Shown piece by piece: positions 38,601 to 48,499 of a stretch of DNA of 64,000 nt. Each line of letters begins with the position of its first letter. The first letter of the stretch is position 1. Origin of the DNA: Balanoglossus misakiensis. Lineage: Eukaryota; Animalia; Hemichordata. The stretch is taken from NCBI GenBank assembly GCA_040954595.2, contig CM082577.2, positions 20,806,303 to 20,870,302 of the forward strand, given 5' to 3'. The translations under genes and the position numbers were made by a program. The notes beneath the pieces were generated by a model. The model had not been told where the DNA came from. It worked only from the letters and a program-made list of their open reading frames with translations, and did not search any database.

Positions 38601-39783
38601 CTACGCCCAACGCAGGTTTGCTTCGGTGATCAGACGAGAAACGGCTTATTCTACGTGGTATGGCCGTAGGCGAAGGATGGTTGAATTTCTCCTACTATAA
38701 ACCTGAATCCTACACCATTGAACACATAGTCCGACTTGGCTAATTTTTGTGGGTAACCGATCGACCTTCCATAGCTGATAAGGCGAGTGGGATAAAAAAA
38801 ATATGGTTTGTTTTGTTTTGCAAAAAGTGGTTTTAAAATTCAGACACTTGCAGAAAGAGGAAGAAACGGACACTTGCGACGAAAATATTATCCATCAGGC
38901 TACTCTTTAATGGAAAAGTTGGGAAAAAATGAAGCCTACAGCACGTAGTATTCCCAGGCGGTGTCCCATCCAAGTACTAACTACGCCCAACGCAGGTTTG
39001 CTTCGGTGATCAGACGAGAACTGGCTTATTCTACGTGGTATGGCAGTAGGCGAAGGATGGTTGAATTTCTCCTACTATAAACCTGAATCCTACACCATTG
39101 GACACATAGATCGACTTGGCTAATTTTTGTTGTTAACCGATCGACCTTCCATAGCTGATAAGGCGAGTGGGATAACAAATATGGTTTGTTTTGTTTTGCA
39201 AAAAGTGGTTTTAAAATTCAGACACTTGCAGAAAGAGGAAGAAACGGACACTTGCGACGAAAATATTATCCATCAGGCTACTCTTTAATGGAAAAGTTGG
39301 GAAAAAATGAAGCCTACAGCACGTAGTATTCCCAGGCGGTGTCCCATCCAAGTACTAACTACGCCCAACGCAGGTTTGCTTCGGTGATCAGACGAGAACT
39401 GGCTTATTCTACGTGGTATGGCAGTAGGCGAAGGATGGTTGAATTTCTCCTACTATAAACCTGAATCCTACACCATTGGACACATAGCTCGACTTGGCTA
39501 ATTTTTGTTGGTAACCGATCGACCTTCCATTGCTGATAAGGCGAGTGGGATAAAAAATATGGTTTGTTTTGTTTTGCAAAAAGTGGTTTTATAATTCAGA
39601 CACTTGAAGAAAGAGGAAGAAACGGACACTTGCGACGAAAATATTATCCATCAGGCTACTCTTTAATGCAAAAGTTGGGAAAAAATGAAGCCTGCAGCAC
39701 GTAGTATTCCCAGGCGGTGTCCCATCCAAGTACTAACTACGCCCAACGCAGGTTTGCTTCGGTAATCAGACGAGAACTGGCTT
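35663..39783 (-). repeat. 5S rDNA tandem array, block B (10 complete genes plus the 3' part of a split 11th)
   Basis: 5S copies start on the + strand at about 35901, 36279, 36657, 37036, 37414, 37795, 38174, 38552, 38932, 39310 and 39688; most are the divergent border-type unit. Confidence 0.97.
39688..39783 (-). pseudogene. 5S rRNA nt 25-120, downstream of the Tx1 insertion
   Basis: The 5S sequence runs directly into the element's A-tail at CTGGCTT|TTTTTTATC on the + strand. Confidence 0.92.
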
Positions 39784-40207
39784 TTTTTTATCTTTTATTA
39801 AAAAGGACAGGCCCACTGGCTTGCCCTGTTAAAAATAGATTGTACATTACAAGTAGTTTGTAATTACAGTGAAAGATTCATATTAAATATTGTCATAAAT
39901 TCTACTACTATTGCAAATCATTACAATATTCATGAAAAATCATACACTGGAATGAATGCATGATGTGTAATCACATCATTCAATATAAACAATCTTTAAA
40001 TTCACAATATTGCATTACAGCATTCCATCATTTATGTAAGTCCTACTCCAATCTGTCATAGAATTGTGACATATACAAATTCATTACAGGAACAATTACC
40101 AGTAAAAAAGATGGTATGTAACACCAGAGGGCGCCAGGTTCAACTAAAGGTGACAACATAGACAAAAAGACTCTAAAAATTGAAGGTAAAGTCAAAATCT
40201 TTTACCG

Positions 40208-43200
40208 TTACAAGTACATTGTTTTGTGCAAAGATGCTTTCAAATAGCGCAACATCATCACTTGCTTTGCACCTGTTATATTCAAAAGTGATTTTCTGTT
40301 TAATTTGTACTTAAAGAACTTGATTAAGTCGATTTTCCGAGTACAACGCTTGTATGCTAATCTTCTACTATGAATTGTATAACGTGAAAGTGTCAATAAA
40401 ATATTGATCAGCGTGTACTCGTACTTGTCATCCTTGACAGTATAACCAAATAACATCATTAGAATTCTATCTGTTGGGTTAAACTTATTTACATTACTGG
40501 CACTGTAGATATACGCAAAAACAAGTTGCCACAAGGATTGAATTGTCTGGCAGCACACAAACAAATGGTACACGTCTTCGGGAAAAAATGTGCAGAAGTC
40601 ACAAGTCGGACTGAGGATTTTGCCTGCTTTGTAAAGACGAAGATTACTAAAAAGAGCCTTGTGACAAATGAGATAATCCAGATCACCCAGGTAATTATCC
40701 TTGAAATTTGTGTAAACGATTGGCCAAACCTTACTAAAATCAAGGTTTGGCAGGTGGAAAAGCCAATACTGAACACCCGTGGGCACTGTTTTTCTCAGAT
40801 GCCGAGCTATTGTAGTAATGTGTCTAACCTTAAGAGAATGGAAAGGAACACGTTGATCATGAGCATTAACAATAAAGAGAGACGGGTTTTTGTTCACTTT
40901 GTTATAATCTTTGTGATTACCCTGCAGAATATCATGCCACTTTTGAGGAATTGAATTGAGGATAATATGGTACTGCTTCTCAACAGTATTGCTTGTGGGA
41001 GTGTCAGGATGGGCCAATGAAACCATGTCACCAATTGCATCAACAGGTAGGAACCCAGGAATGACCTCGTATAACAAATCCCTGATTTTGACAATGCCAG
41101 CTGAACTGAAAAGCTTTATAATCGCCAGGGGGCGCCCTTCAACACTTGTAATGAATGGGTTATAAAAAATGGGTTCATTGATAATTTCATCGTAAGAAAC
41201 TGGTTGTGCACGAAAATACTTGAAAAGATGCGACCAAGACTGAAACAATTCCCTGTAGAATATAGAACACTGACGTAAGTTGGTTGGATAAAGTAACATT
41301 TTAAAAGTGTCAACACCACAATTGAGATCGAGATACTTATTTAAGTTGTGGGTGAAAAACAGCTTGAATTTGTGTACATAATCTTTATCCAGCAATTTAC
41401 ACAACCACTTGAGACGAAGTGCATGCACTTTGTCTTGAATATTTGTGACTTTAAGTCCCCCATCTTGAATGTCGGAAGTGATGACATCATATTTCACCCT
41501 GTGATGACCTTTGCTCCAGAAGAAATTACAGATGTGCTCATTCAGAATTTGTATGTGTTGCTGAGGCAAAGAAACAACAGATGCCCGGTACCACAGAGTA
41601 GACGTAACAAGGGAGTTGATAATGAGGGTTTTCCCTTTGTATGACAATTTACGAAATGACCAAGATTTCAGAATTCTACAGATTTTTGGAATGCGCTGAG
41701 CCCAATTGAAATCGTCAGCAACTGATTTGTCATGACTCAACATGACACCAAGAATGACCATGCCATCCGGTTGAAGCTTGACAGGTAAGGGGCAGTCAGT
41801 ACGCCCTCTATTGTTTCCTATCCACATCAATGCACTTTTGTTCAAATTAACCTTTGACCCAGAAGCTTTACCATAATCACAAAAGACCTGATACGCTTCG
41901 CGGATAGAATGGTCATCACTAACGGTAAGTGTGGTATCATCAGCATGTTGATAAACTAAGGAAGATACAGTACTGCCAGGAATTTGAATACCATGTATGA
42001 TGTGGTTACGCTGAATAGCGGCATTTAGTGGCTCAGCCGACAGCACGTACAACATTGCTGACAGCGGGCACCCTTGTCTGACACTTCGTTTAATTAACAC
42101 CGAGTCAGACAAAAACCCGTTATTTTTTACATTACTCATAATCTGGTTGTACATAATGGAAATCCATTTAACAAAGTTGTCACCGAAGCTGAACGCCCTT
42201 AGTGTGTTAAGCAGATACTTGTGATCAACACGATCAAAGGCTTTCATCTGATCAAATTTCAGAATGGCACCTGGACAGTTACTGGAATCAACATGATGAA
42301 TAAGATCTCTCATACAGAAAACATTGTCGACAATGTCACGACCTGGGACACAGCAAGTTTGATCCGGGCTGACTATAGAGGGCATGATTTTACTAAGTCT
42401 AAGGGCAAGTGTTTTAGTAAGGATTTTGTAATCACAGTTGAGGAGGGTGATAGGACGCCAGTTTTTAATAAAACGGGGGTCACAGTCAGCTTTTGGAATG
42501 AGTGTAATGAGGCCAGTTTTCATTGACTCGGGGAGATAGTTATTTCCAAAAATACAATTAAAAATATCTAACATATCATCTTTTAGGACATCCCAGAAAT
42601 GTTTATAGAATTCATACGGTATGCCATCTGAACCAGGGCTTTTGTTATTGATACAAGTGAAAAGGGCATGTTGAATTTCTTGAATTGAAAAATTAGAATC
42701 GATTGCTGTCCGGTCATCTTCAGAAATGGTGTTAAGTGGATAGTTGAGAAACTTATTTTGTTGCTGTAGATCACAAGGTTCATCAGAATACAATTTGGTG
42801 TAAAAGGTGTGAGCTTCTTGAAGAATATCATTGATGTCAGTAAGAATTTCATTATTGTCATTCATAAGAGTATGAATGGCTTTTATGTTTTGTTTAGATT
42901 TTTCCAGATTAAAGAAATACTTGGTGGATTTTTCACCCTCTTCAACCCATTGAACTTTGGAACGGATGATGGCCCCCCTAGTTTCATACATAATAATTTT
43001 GTCAAGTTCATCTTGGATAATAGTAGCATTTGTGAGATCATAATCCTGATATTTACATGCCTTAGCTAATTCCCATTTGAGTTTTCTTTGAAGAGTCTTA
43101 CGAAGATGACGTCTTAATTTTGTTTGTTGTTTGGAGTACTTTTGTGAATAATTACGAATTTTATTTTTCAGAGACTCCCACCAAAGTATTTTATTTTGAA

Positions 43201-44083
43201 CGTAGTTGGGATCAGATTTAGAATTTGTAATAACGGCCGAAATATTATTGACAAACACTTCATCTTTTAGGTGGTCTTTATTAAAAGACCAAATGCCTGG
43301 GCCACGGGGTGTATTAGAAAAATCGAAATGAATTTGGATGAGGTCATGATCACTGAGGGGAAAGTGGATAATGTTAGAACGTTGACAATAATGGACAATG
43401 TCCTCGTTTACGAGACACAGATCAATACGGCTTTGTTGAAGGACACCGTTAGTTTGACGCTGCCAGGTGCATACCCTGCTATGCGGGTGTTGATTGCGCC
43501 AGATGTCAATTAGTGAATATCGGCTAATGAGGTCAACCAGGTGTTTACGTGATGGATCCACAGGATCAATGACAGTGGCAGACTGGTCTAAACGTGGATT
43601 GATTTTGGTGTTAAAGTCACCTATGACAATATTGAACGAATTTTGGATCATGAAATTGGGAATTTTGTGCCAGAAACGAGCTCGAAGATAAGGTTTAGAT
43701 GGTGCATAAATATTAATAATATTAATATTCTGACCCGCAATTTCCACATTAAGGGTGATAATTCTGCCCTCATCATCGCTCTGATGGTCTATCACTGTAA
43801 TGTCAGGCCGATTTCTAACCAGAAAAGCAACCCCTCTTCTTTTTACAGGATCACGGCAATTGTTACAATAAACAGAAAAACCAGGTGCAATTTTAGAACT
43901 AAAATAATGGGCAATATTGTCATCCCAAAAAGTTTCTTGAAGTGAAATGATGTCACTTTTGTTATCTTTACAAAATTCAACTGTAAGTTCAAAATTGCGT
44001 TCTTTACTCAAACCATTTACATTTAAAGAGGACAAAATCAACATACCTAATGTAAAAAAGGAAATGTAATTATAGCACTCCAT
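40208..44083 (-). CDS. Tx1-type ORF2: APE endonuclease, reverse transcriptase, C-terminal Zn finger (1291 aa)
   Basis: SLNVNGL, SLQET, NIYAP, GDFN, SRIDL, SDH; EGEKSTKYFFNLEK, KSPGSDG, NWRPITLLNCDYKI, KAFDRV, VRQGCPLS, HADD; CDFC...HLFVCC. The frame is open; the last few residues may be frameshifted. Confidence 0.95.
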   Translation of the reverse strand: MECYNYISFFTLGMLILSSLNVNGLSKERNFELTVEFCKDNKSDIISLQETFWDDNIAHYFSSKIAPGFSVYCNNCRDPVKRRGVAFLVRNRPDITVIDHQSDDEGRIITLNVEIAGQNINIINIYAPSKPYLRARFWHKIPNFMIQNSFNIVIGDFNTKINPRLDQSATVIDPVDPSRKHLVDLISRYSLIDIWRNQHPHSRVCTWQRQTNGVLQQSRIDLCLVNEDIVHYCQRSNIIHFPLSDHDLIQIHFDFSNTPRGPGIWSFNKDHLKDEVFVNNISAVITNSKSDPNYVQNKILWWESLKNKIRNYSQKYSKQQTKLRRHLRKTLQRKLKWELAKACKYQDYDLTNATIIQDELDKIIMYETRGAIIRSKVQWVEEGEKSTKYFFNLEKSKQNIKAIHTLMNDNNEILTDINDILQEAHTFYTKLYSDEPCDLQQQNKFLNYPLNTISEDDRTAIDSNFSIQEIQHALFTCINNKSPGSDGIPYEFYKHFWDVLKDDMLDIFNCIFGNNYLPESMKTGLITLIPKADCDPRFIKNWRPITLLNCDYKILTKTLALRLSKIMPSIVSPDQTCCVPGRDIVDNVFCMRDLIHHVDSSNCPGAILKFDQMKAFDRVDHKYLLNTLRAFSFGDNFVKWISIMYNQIMSNVKNNGFLSDSVLIKRSVRQGCPLSAMLYVLSAEPLNAAIQRNHIIHGIQIPGSTVSSLVYQHADDTTLTVSDDHSIREAYQVFCDYGKASGSKVNLNKSALMWIGNNRGRTDCPLPVKLQPDGMVILGVMLSHDKSVADDFNWAQRIPKICRILKSWSFRKLSYKGKTLIINSLVTSTLWYRASVVSLPQQHIQILNEHICNFFWSKGHHRVKYDVITSDIQDGGLKVTNIQDKVHALRLKWLCKLLDKDYVHKFKLFFTHNLNKYLDLNCGVDTFKMLLYPTNLRQCSIFYRELFQSWSHLFKYFRAQPVSYDEIINEPIFYNPFITSVEGRPLAIIKLFSSAGIVKIRDLLYEVIPGFLPVDAIGDMVSLAHPDTPTSNTVEKQYHIILNSIPQKWHDILQGNHKDYNKVNKNPSLFIVNAHDQRVPFHSLKVRHITTIARHLRKTVPTGVQYWLFHLPNLDFSKVWPIVYTNFKDNYLGDLDYLICHKALFSNLRLYKAGKILSPTCDFCTFFPEDVYHLFVCCQTIQSLWQLVFAYIYSASNVNKFNPTDRILMMLFGYTVKDDKYEYTLINILLTLSRYTIHSRRLAYKRCTRKIDLIKFFKYKLNRKSLLNITGAKQVMMLRYLKASLHKTMYL

Positions 44084-44085
44084 TA

Positions 44086-45284
44086 TTATTCTTGTGATGG
44101 TTCTTCTACACTGACCTGGTTTTCATTGTCACTGTTATGATGTTTTGTCCTTGTTATTAATTTTGGTGTGAAGATCTGTTTCTTTCTTCGTTCTCTTTTC
44201 TTTCTTTTCTCAGTGGTGTTGTCATCAGCATGGCGTTTTGTCTGGCAGTTCAAAATGCCTGAAGTCTCAATTTCCATATTTTCCTCAGTTGTTTCCCGTT
44301 GTGTTTCCATGTCCCGTTGTTTCTCCTGTTCATAATTTGTTGTTTCCGACTCCTTTTCATGTACCAGTTCTTGGTTGTTATGTTCAGTTCCATCTGGTTT
44401 GGCGTTAACATTTTCCTCTTTCTGTTCTTCTGTGCGCTGTTCATCTTTGTCAGTGTTATTCAAGTTCTCGTTGTTTACCTGTCCCTGTTCGTTGTCTTGT
44501 CTTTCCTCTTCTTCTTCCTCTTCTTGTATTTCTTCCGCATATTTCTCGATGATTGCGTCGACCTCACCGTCTCCATAAATATCTGCGTTGCAATCAATGG
44601 CTTTATGGCCTATGGCGTTGCATCTGTAACATGTGAGATTTTGGCAGGCTCTTTCCAGATGACCCATTTGCTTACACCGTTTGCACTGATAATTTGGACA
44701 GTTGTATATTAGATGTGATGAGTCAAGACAGTGATTGCAAACTTTGTGCTGATTGGTATGGATTAATCTCACATAGGGACCATTACTTTCGAATTTCACA
44801 GCGTATGGAAGAGATTTGACTGCAGCAGGCAATTCTACACGAATAAAACGTGTACCGGTTTCTACATCGGGTTCTTCATGAAAAAATTTACGGATGACAG
44901 GACCTCGAATTTCTCTACAATCGCTTCATCAGGAGTATAGGCAGGAACATTTAGAAAGGACACAGTTAGCAGTTGCCTTACCAAGCCTTGGATGTCAACT
45001 GGGCTCCCATCTACCGCAATACCTTCAGTAAGTAATTTCTCCGTGTCGTCATTGTTCTCTACACTAATTTGCCACACGCCATTGATCTTTACACACGCGA
45101 GAATGTGATCGCTTTCAATAATTTCCTTCACAGCACGAATCAGTTCCAGAGCTGAATAATCCTCATCCGTTATACATACGGTGTTCTCCTTGACAGCAGA
45201 CCGTCGACCAGGACGACACACTGATCTGTACTTAGTTGGAGTACGTTGACGAACGCTCGAAGAAGAACCGGGCAGGGCGGCCAT
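44086..45284 (-). CDS. Tx1-type ORF1 (gag-like, three CX2CX4HX4C knuckles, acidic tail), one frameshift near 44880
   Basis: CAAGATGGCC start at 45284. ORFs 44862-45317 and 44086-44832 join (VSFLNVPAYTPDE...TGTRFIRV...SLPY). Knuckles CNHCLDSSHLIYNC, CKRCKQMGHLERAC, CYRCNAIGHKAIDC. Confidence 0.88.
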
Positions 45285-45466
45285 CTTGGCTAGACCCTGC
45301 CGGGCACAGGCACACAAACGAAAACTTCTGAGATCTGCCCGAAAACAGACTCAGAAGTTAAAAATAAAGATGAAAACAATATCCACAATGTCCTTAGAAC
45401 ACACTCAAGTTACTAGAATGACTGGGTGACTAGATTTCGTTGAGATATTCGCCGATTACCGGGACC

Positions 45467-45538
45467 ACTACGCCCAACGCAGGTTTGCTTCGTTGATCAG
45501 ACGAGAACTGGCTTATTCTACGTGGTATGGCCGTAGGC
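45467..45538 (-). pseudogene. 5S rRNA nt 1-72, upstream of the Tx1 insertion
   Basis: Retains the upstream spacer, +1, box A and intermediate element; box C is replaced by element sequence. Confidence 0.92.
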
Positions 45539-45606
45539 GAAGGATGGTTGAATTTCTCCTACTATAAACCTGAATCCCACACCATTGGACACATAGCTCG
45601 ACTTGG

Positions 45607-46542
45607 TAGATGACATTGGTGACTATGGACCCTGTGGTTGCTTTGATACAGAAGATTATGCTAACCATAGATCCAAGAGTGAAAGGAAAGGAGAAACAGC
45701 AGCTTTTTTTCTGGAGGCAACATATGTTGCAATCTTAAATTGTTTGGAGAAACAAATAGCTCATGAATTTTGCGCACATTTAAAACATAGCTTACAAAGT
45801 AAATTTACAGTATTGCCAAAATATCTGCTGGAATATGGATAACTTTACTTGCACACTATATTATTTCCAGTCACACTCTTTTCAATCTTTCCGCTTTTCT
45901 AATGTAGATGTGAGTCATTAATGGGTTAAGTACGACTGCAATACCTGTTCACCAATCACCACAACCCATCGAGGGACCTAGCACTGAACTTTGGTAAACT
46001 TCAGCAAATGCGCTTCATTCTGAATGGAGGGTTTTGGAAAGAAGGTACATGTGTGGACTACAGGTACATTACAAACTATTATACTGATGAATATTTAGTT
46101 ATTTTCACAGGAAGAAATTAAACATACTTCACTTTATTTTAACCACACACCAGGCGGTCATATTTTAATGGGATTACCACTTTACTATTGAACTGGTTAA
46201 AACTAACACAGGCAATCTAATGAAGTGTGTTTACTCCAGTATATATAAACTTCAGTGAGAGTGCAACTGTATAGACTCGTGTTAGTTTGTAACTTTTGGA
46301 AAATAGTGCCAAAGGTTAATTTCACTGGACTTTAATTAATGCTTTTCAGGTGGGATACTGTAAAATAAAGGACTTTTAAAAATAATAGCATGTAAATTAT
46401 TGTTTAAATCACAGATGCTGTGGTGATGCCGTGAAGAGAATGAACCACAGACCTGAGGTTCAGAAATTTCTAATTGGACAACAGAACAAAAAAAGGTCAT
46501 GGGAGGCAGTTTGCGAAAGGTACTTGGAGCGTTGGAGGTTTG

Positions 46543-46629
<87 letters not shown>

Positions 46630-48499
46630 CTTTTCCTAATATGTGATTTACAAAGATTTTCATAACTTTTTTTCTTTTCATTGCTTGTATAGGTCAAATG
46701 CACCAGCAATAAGACCAATGGAGACAACCCCACATTGGACATTACAAGGTAAAATGTATTCTTTCTCATACCATGCATATGAAAGAGAAATTTAATCTGG
46801 ACTAAATTTCAATTATCAATAACAATGATGTCTGTAGAGCATATGTTGACAAGTGTATGTTACAACCGGATTTGAAGAGTAGAATACGATAGTGATGTTA
46901 ATATCAGGAGCAAAATTAAAGATTTTCACTCATATTTCAGAGTCTTGGCTGCGCACAATATTTCCGTCACGCCTGAAGATGACATTGTGGAATTCAAGTC
47001 AGTACAAGCTGAAAATGGTTCAGTCAATGGTGGCTCATTCCTGAGATTCACAAATTCAAGTGGAACAAACGTATGTTAGTCATGCTGTATGAGGTTTAGT
47101 TCTTACAAAAATACAGTAAAGTATGCACAAAGACAGCAGAGTAGTGAAGGGTGATGTAGATTTTCATAATAACCAAGTATTATACATCTTACTTTAGTAA
47201 CGTTTCGAGGAAATCCTTTCATTTTATGACATTAACCTAAAATGCCATTATGATGTTATTGTCATAAAGCTACATGTTTTGCTCAGGCTGTTTAGTGTCG
47301 AGTTTTATGGGTGGAGACATACATTAATAAAATATAATAATTACTGTTCTTGTAGTATTTGGACCGGTACATTTTCTGTTTAAGGCATACAGAACCTTGT
47401 ATATGACCATACCGCTTATTCTCTCTCCATTTTCTTCATGTTTGGAAGAAATTAATTTTTTATTAGCTTGTTTGTAATTTGAATATGGACATTACACTAC
47501 CCATCTTTTTTATCCGCACTGTGTTGTTTTGAGGATTTGTACCATAAAGACAAATGGTTTGATCCTTTAACCAAGCCTACAAACACCTACTTAATATTTT
47601 TTTTCTGTTTCAGTCCTATGGAAGACTAACCACATGTGTAAGAATTACCGGTGGTGAGAAGAAACTGGACCACTGTATTTTGCAGAGGTTCACCCTGCCA
47701 ACCTGCACGATATGATAAGTTTAATTGTGAAATTTTCCGCTTCACAAACAACACTCATTTAATTTCCTCGAATCAAGTCAATAGTTTAGTTTCATTTGTT
47801 CACTGTTGTGAATATACTACCTGTCGTGTTAGAAAAGATGAATTTACCCATGAAAGCCTGTATAATTTTTACAGACTGAATAGATTTTTTATTGGGTGAG
47901 TGTGCCAGTAACTTTTAAAGTGTGTATTTTTATAAACTTGTGTAATATGTATATACATATTATGGAATAAAACCGCCAGAACATTCACCTAAGTTGTGTA
48001 ATAGACTTTACCTTAATAATACATGACAGTTCTCTCATGTACACATTCTAAATCAGCAATCACTATTACCCAAGGAAAGTAATTTACCAGGTCTCAGACA
48101 GTAATGCTACAGGCATGTAGAACATGCATGTAGCATAGCTGCTACAGGCATGTAAAACATTAATGTAGCATAGCTGCTGCAGGCATGCTACAGGCATGAA
48201 TAACATTAGTGTAGCATAGCTGCTACAGACATGTTACAGGCATGAATAACATTAGTGTAGCATAGCTGCTGCAGGCATGCTACAGGCATGAATAACATTA
48301 GTGTAGCATAGCTGCTGCAGGCATGCTACAGGCATGTAGAACATTAATGTAGCATAGCTGCTACAGCCATGCTACATGTCAGTTGCAACTGCCATGCTAC
48401 ATTACTGTGGCTACTTTCTAGTTACATTGCTATTCTGCATGGCTGTTACATACATGCTGCATGACAGCTACACACATGTTAAACTTTGGTTGTGTAGTG
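45607..48499 (+). mobile_element. CACTA/EnSpm-type transposon 3' part, copy 2
   Basis: Same exons (the last ends ...YRLNRFFIG* at 47899), subterminal repeats at 48105-48380, terminus GTAGTG at 48499. Confidence 0.7.
46546..46628. repeat. (TG)n microsatellite
   Basis: Direct reading. Confidence 0.95.

Larger units (their letters stand above)
39784..45466 (-). mobile_element. Tx1/L1-clade non-LTR retrotransposon inserted inside a 5S rRNA gene (Mutsu-like)
   Basis: 5' UTR, ORF1 with 3 CCHC knuckles, ORF2 with APE-RT-Zn finger, 3' UTR, AATAAA and short A tail. Flanked by a 48-bp direct repeat of 5S nt 25-72 (39736-39783 and 45467-45514). Confidence 0.95.

Noticed and set aside
40489-44712. Short ORFs overlapping or antisense to Tx1 (similar ones overlap the Gypsy and RTEX ORFs)
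   Set aside because: They are shadow frames of long coding regions with no recognisable motifs.
45440-45470. HDV-like ribozyme at the Tx1 5' end (CGGTAATCGGCGAAT resembles the HDV J4/2 region)
   Set aside because: I could not find P1, P2 or P3 partners by eye; a descriptor search would be needed to revive it.
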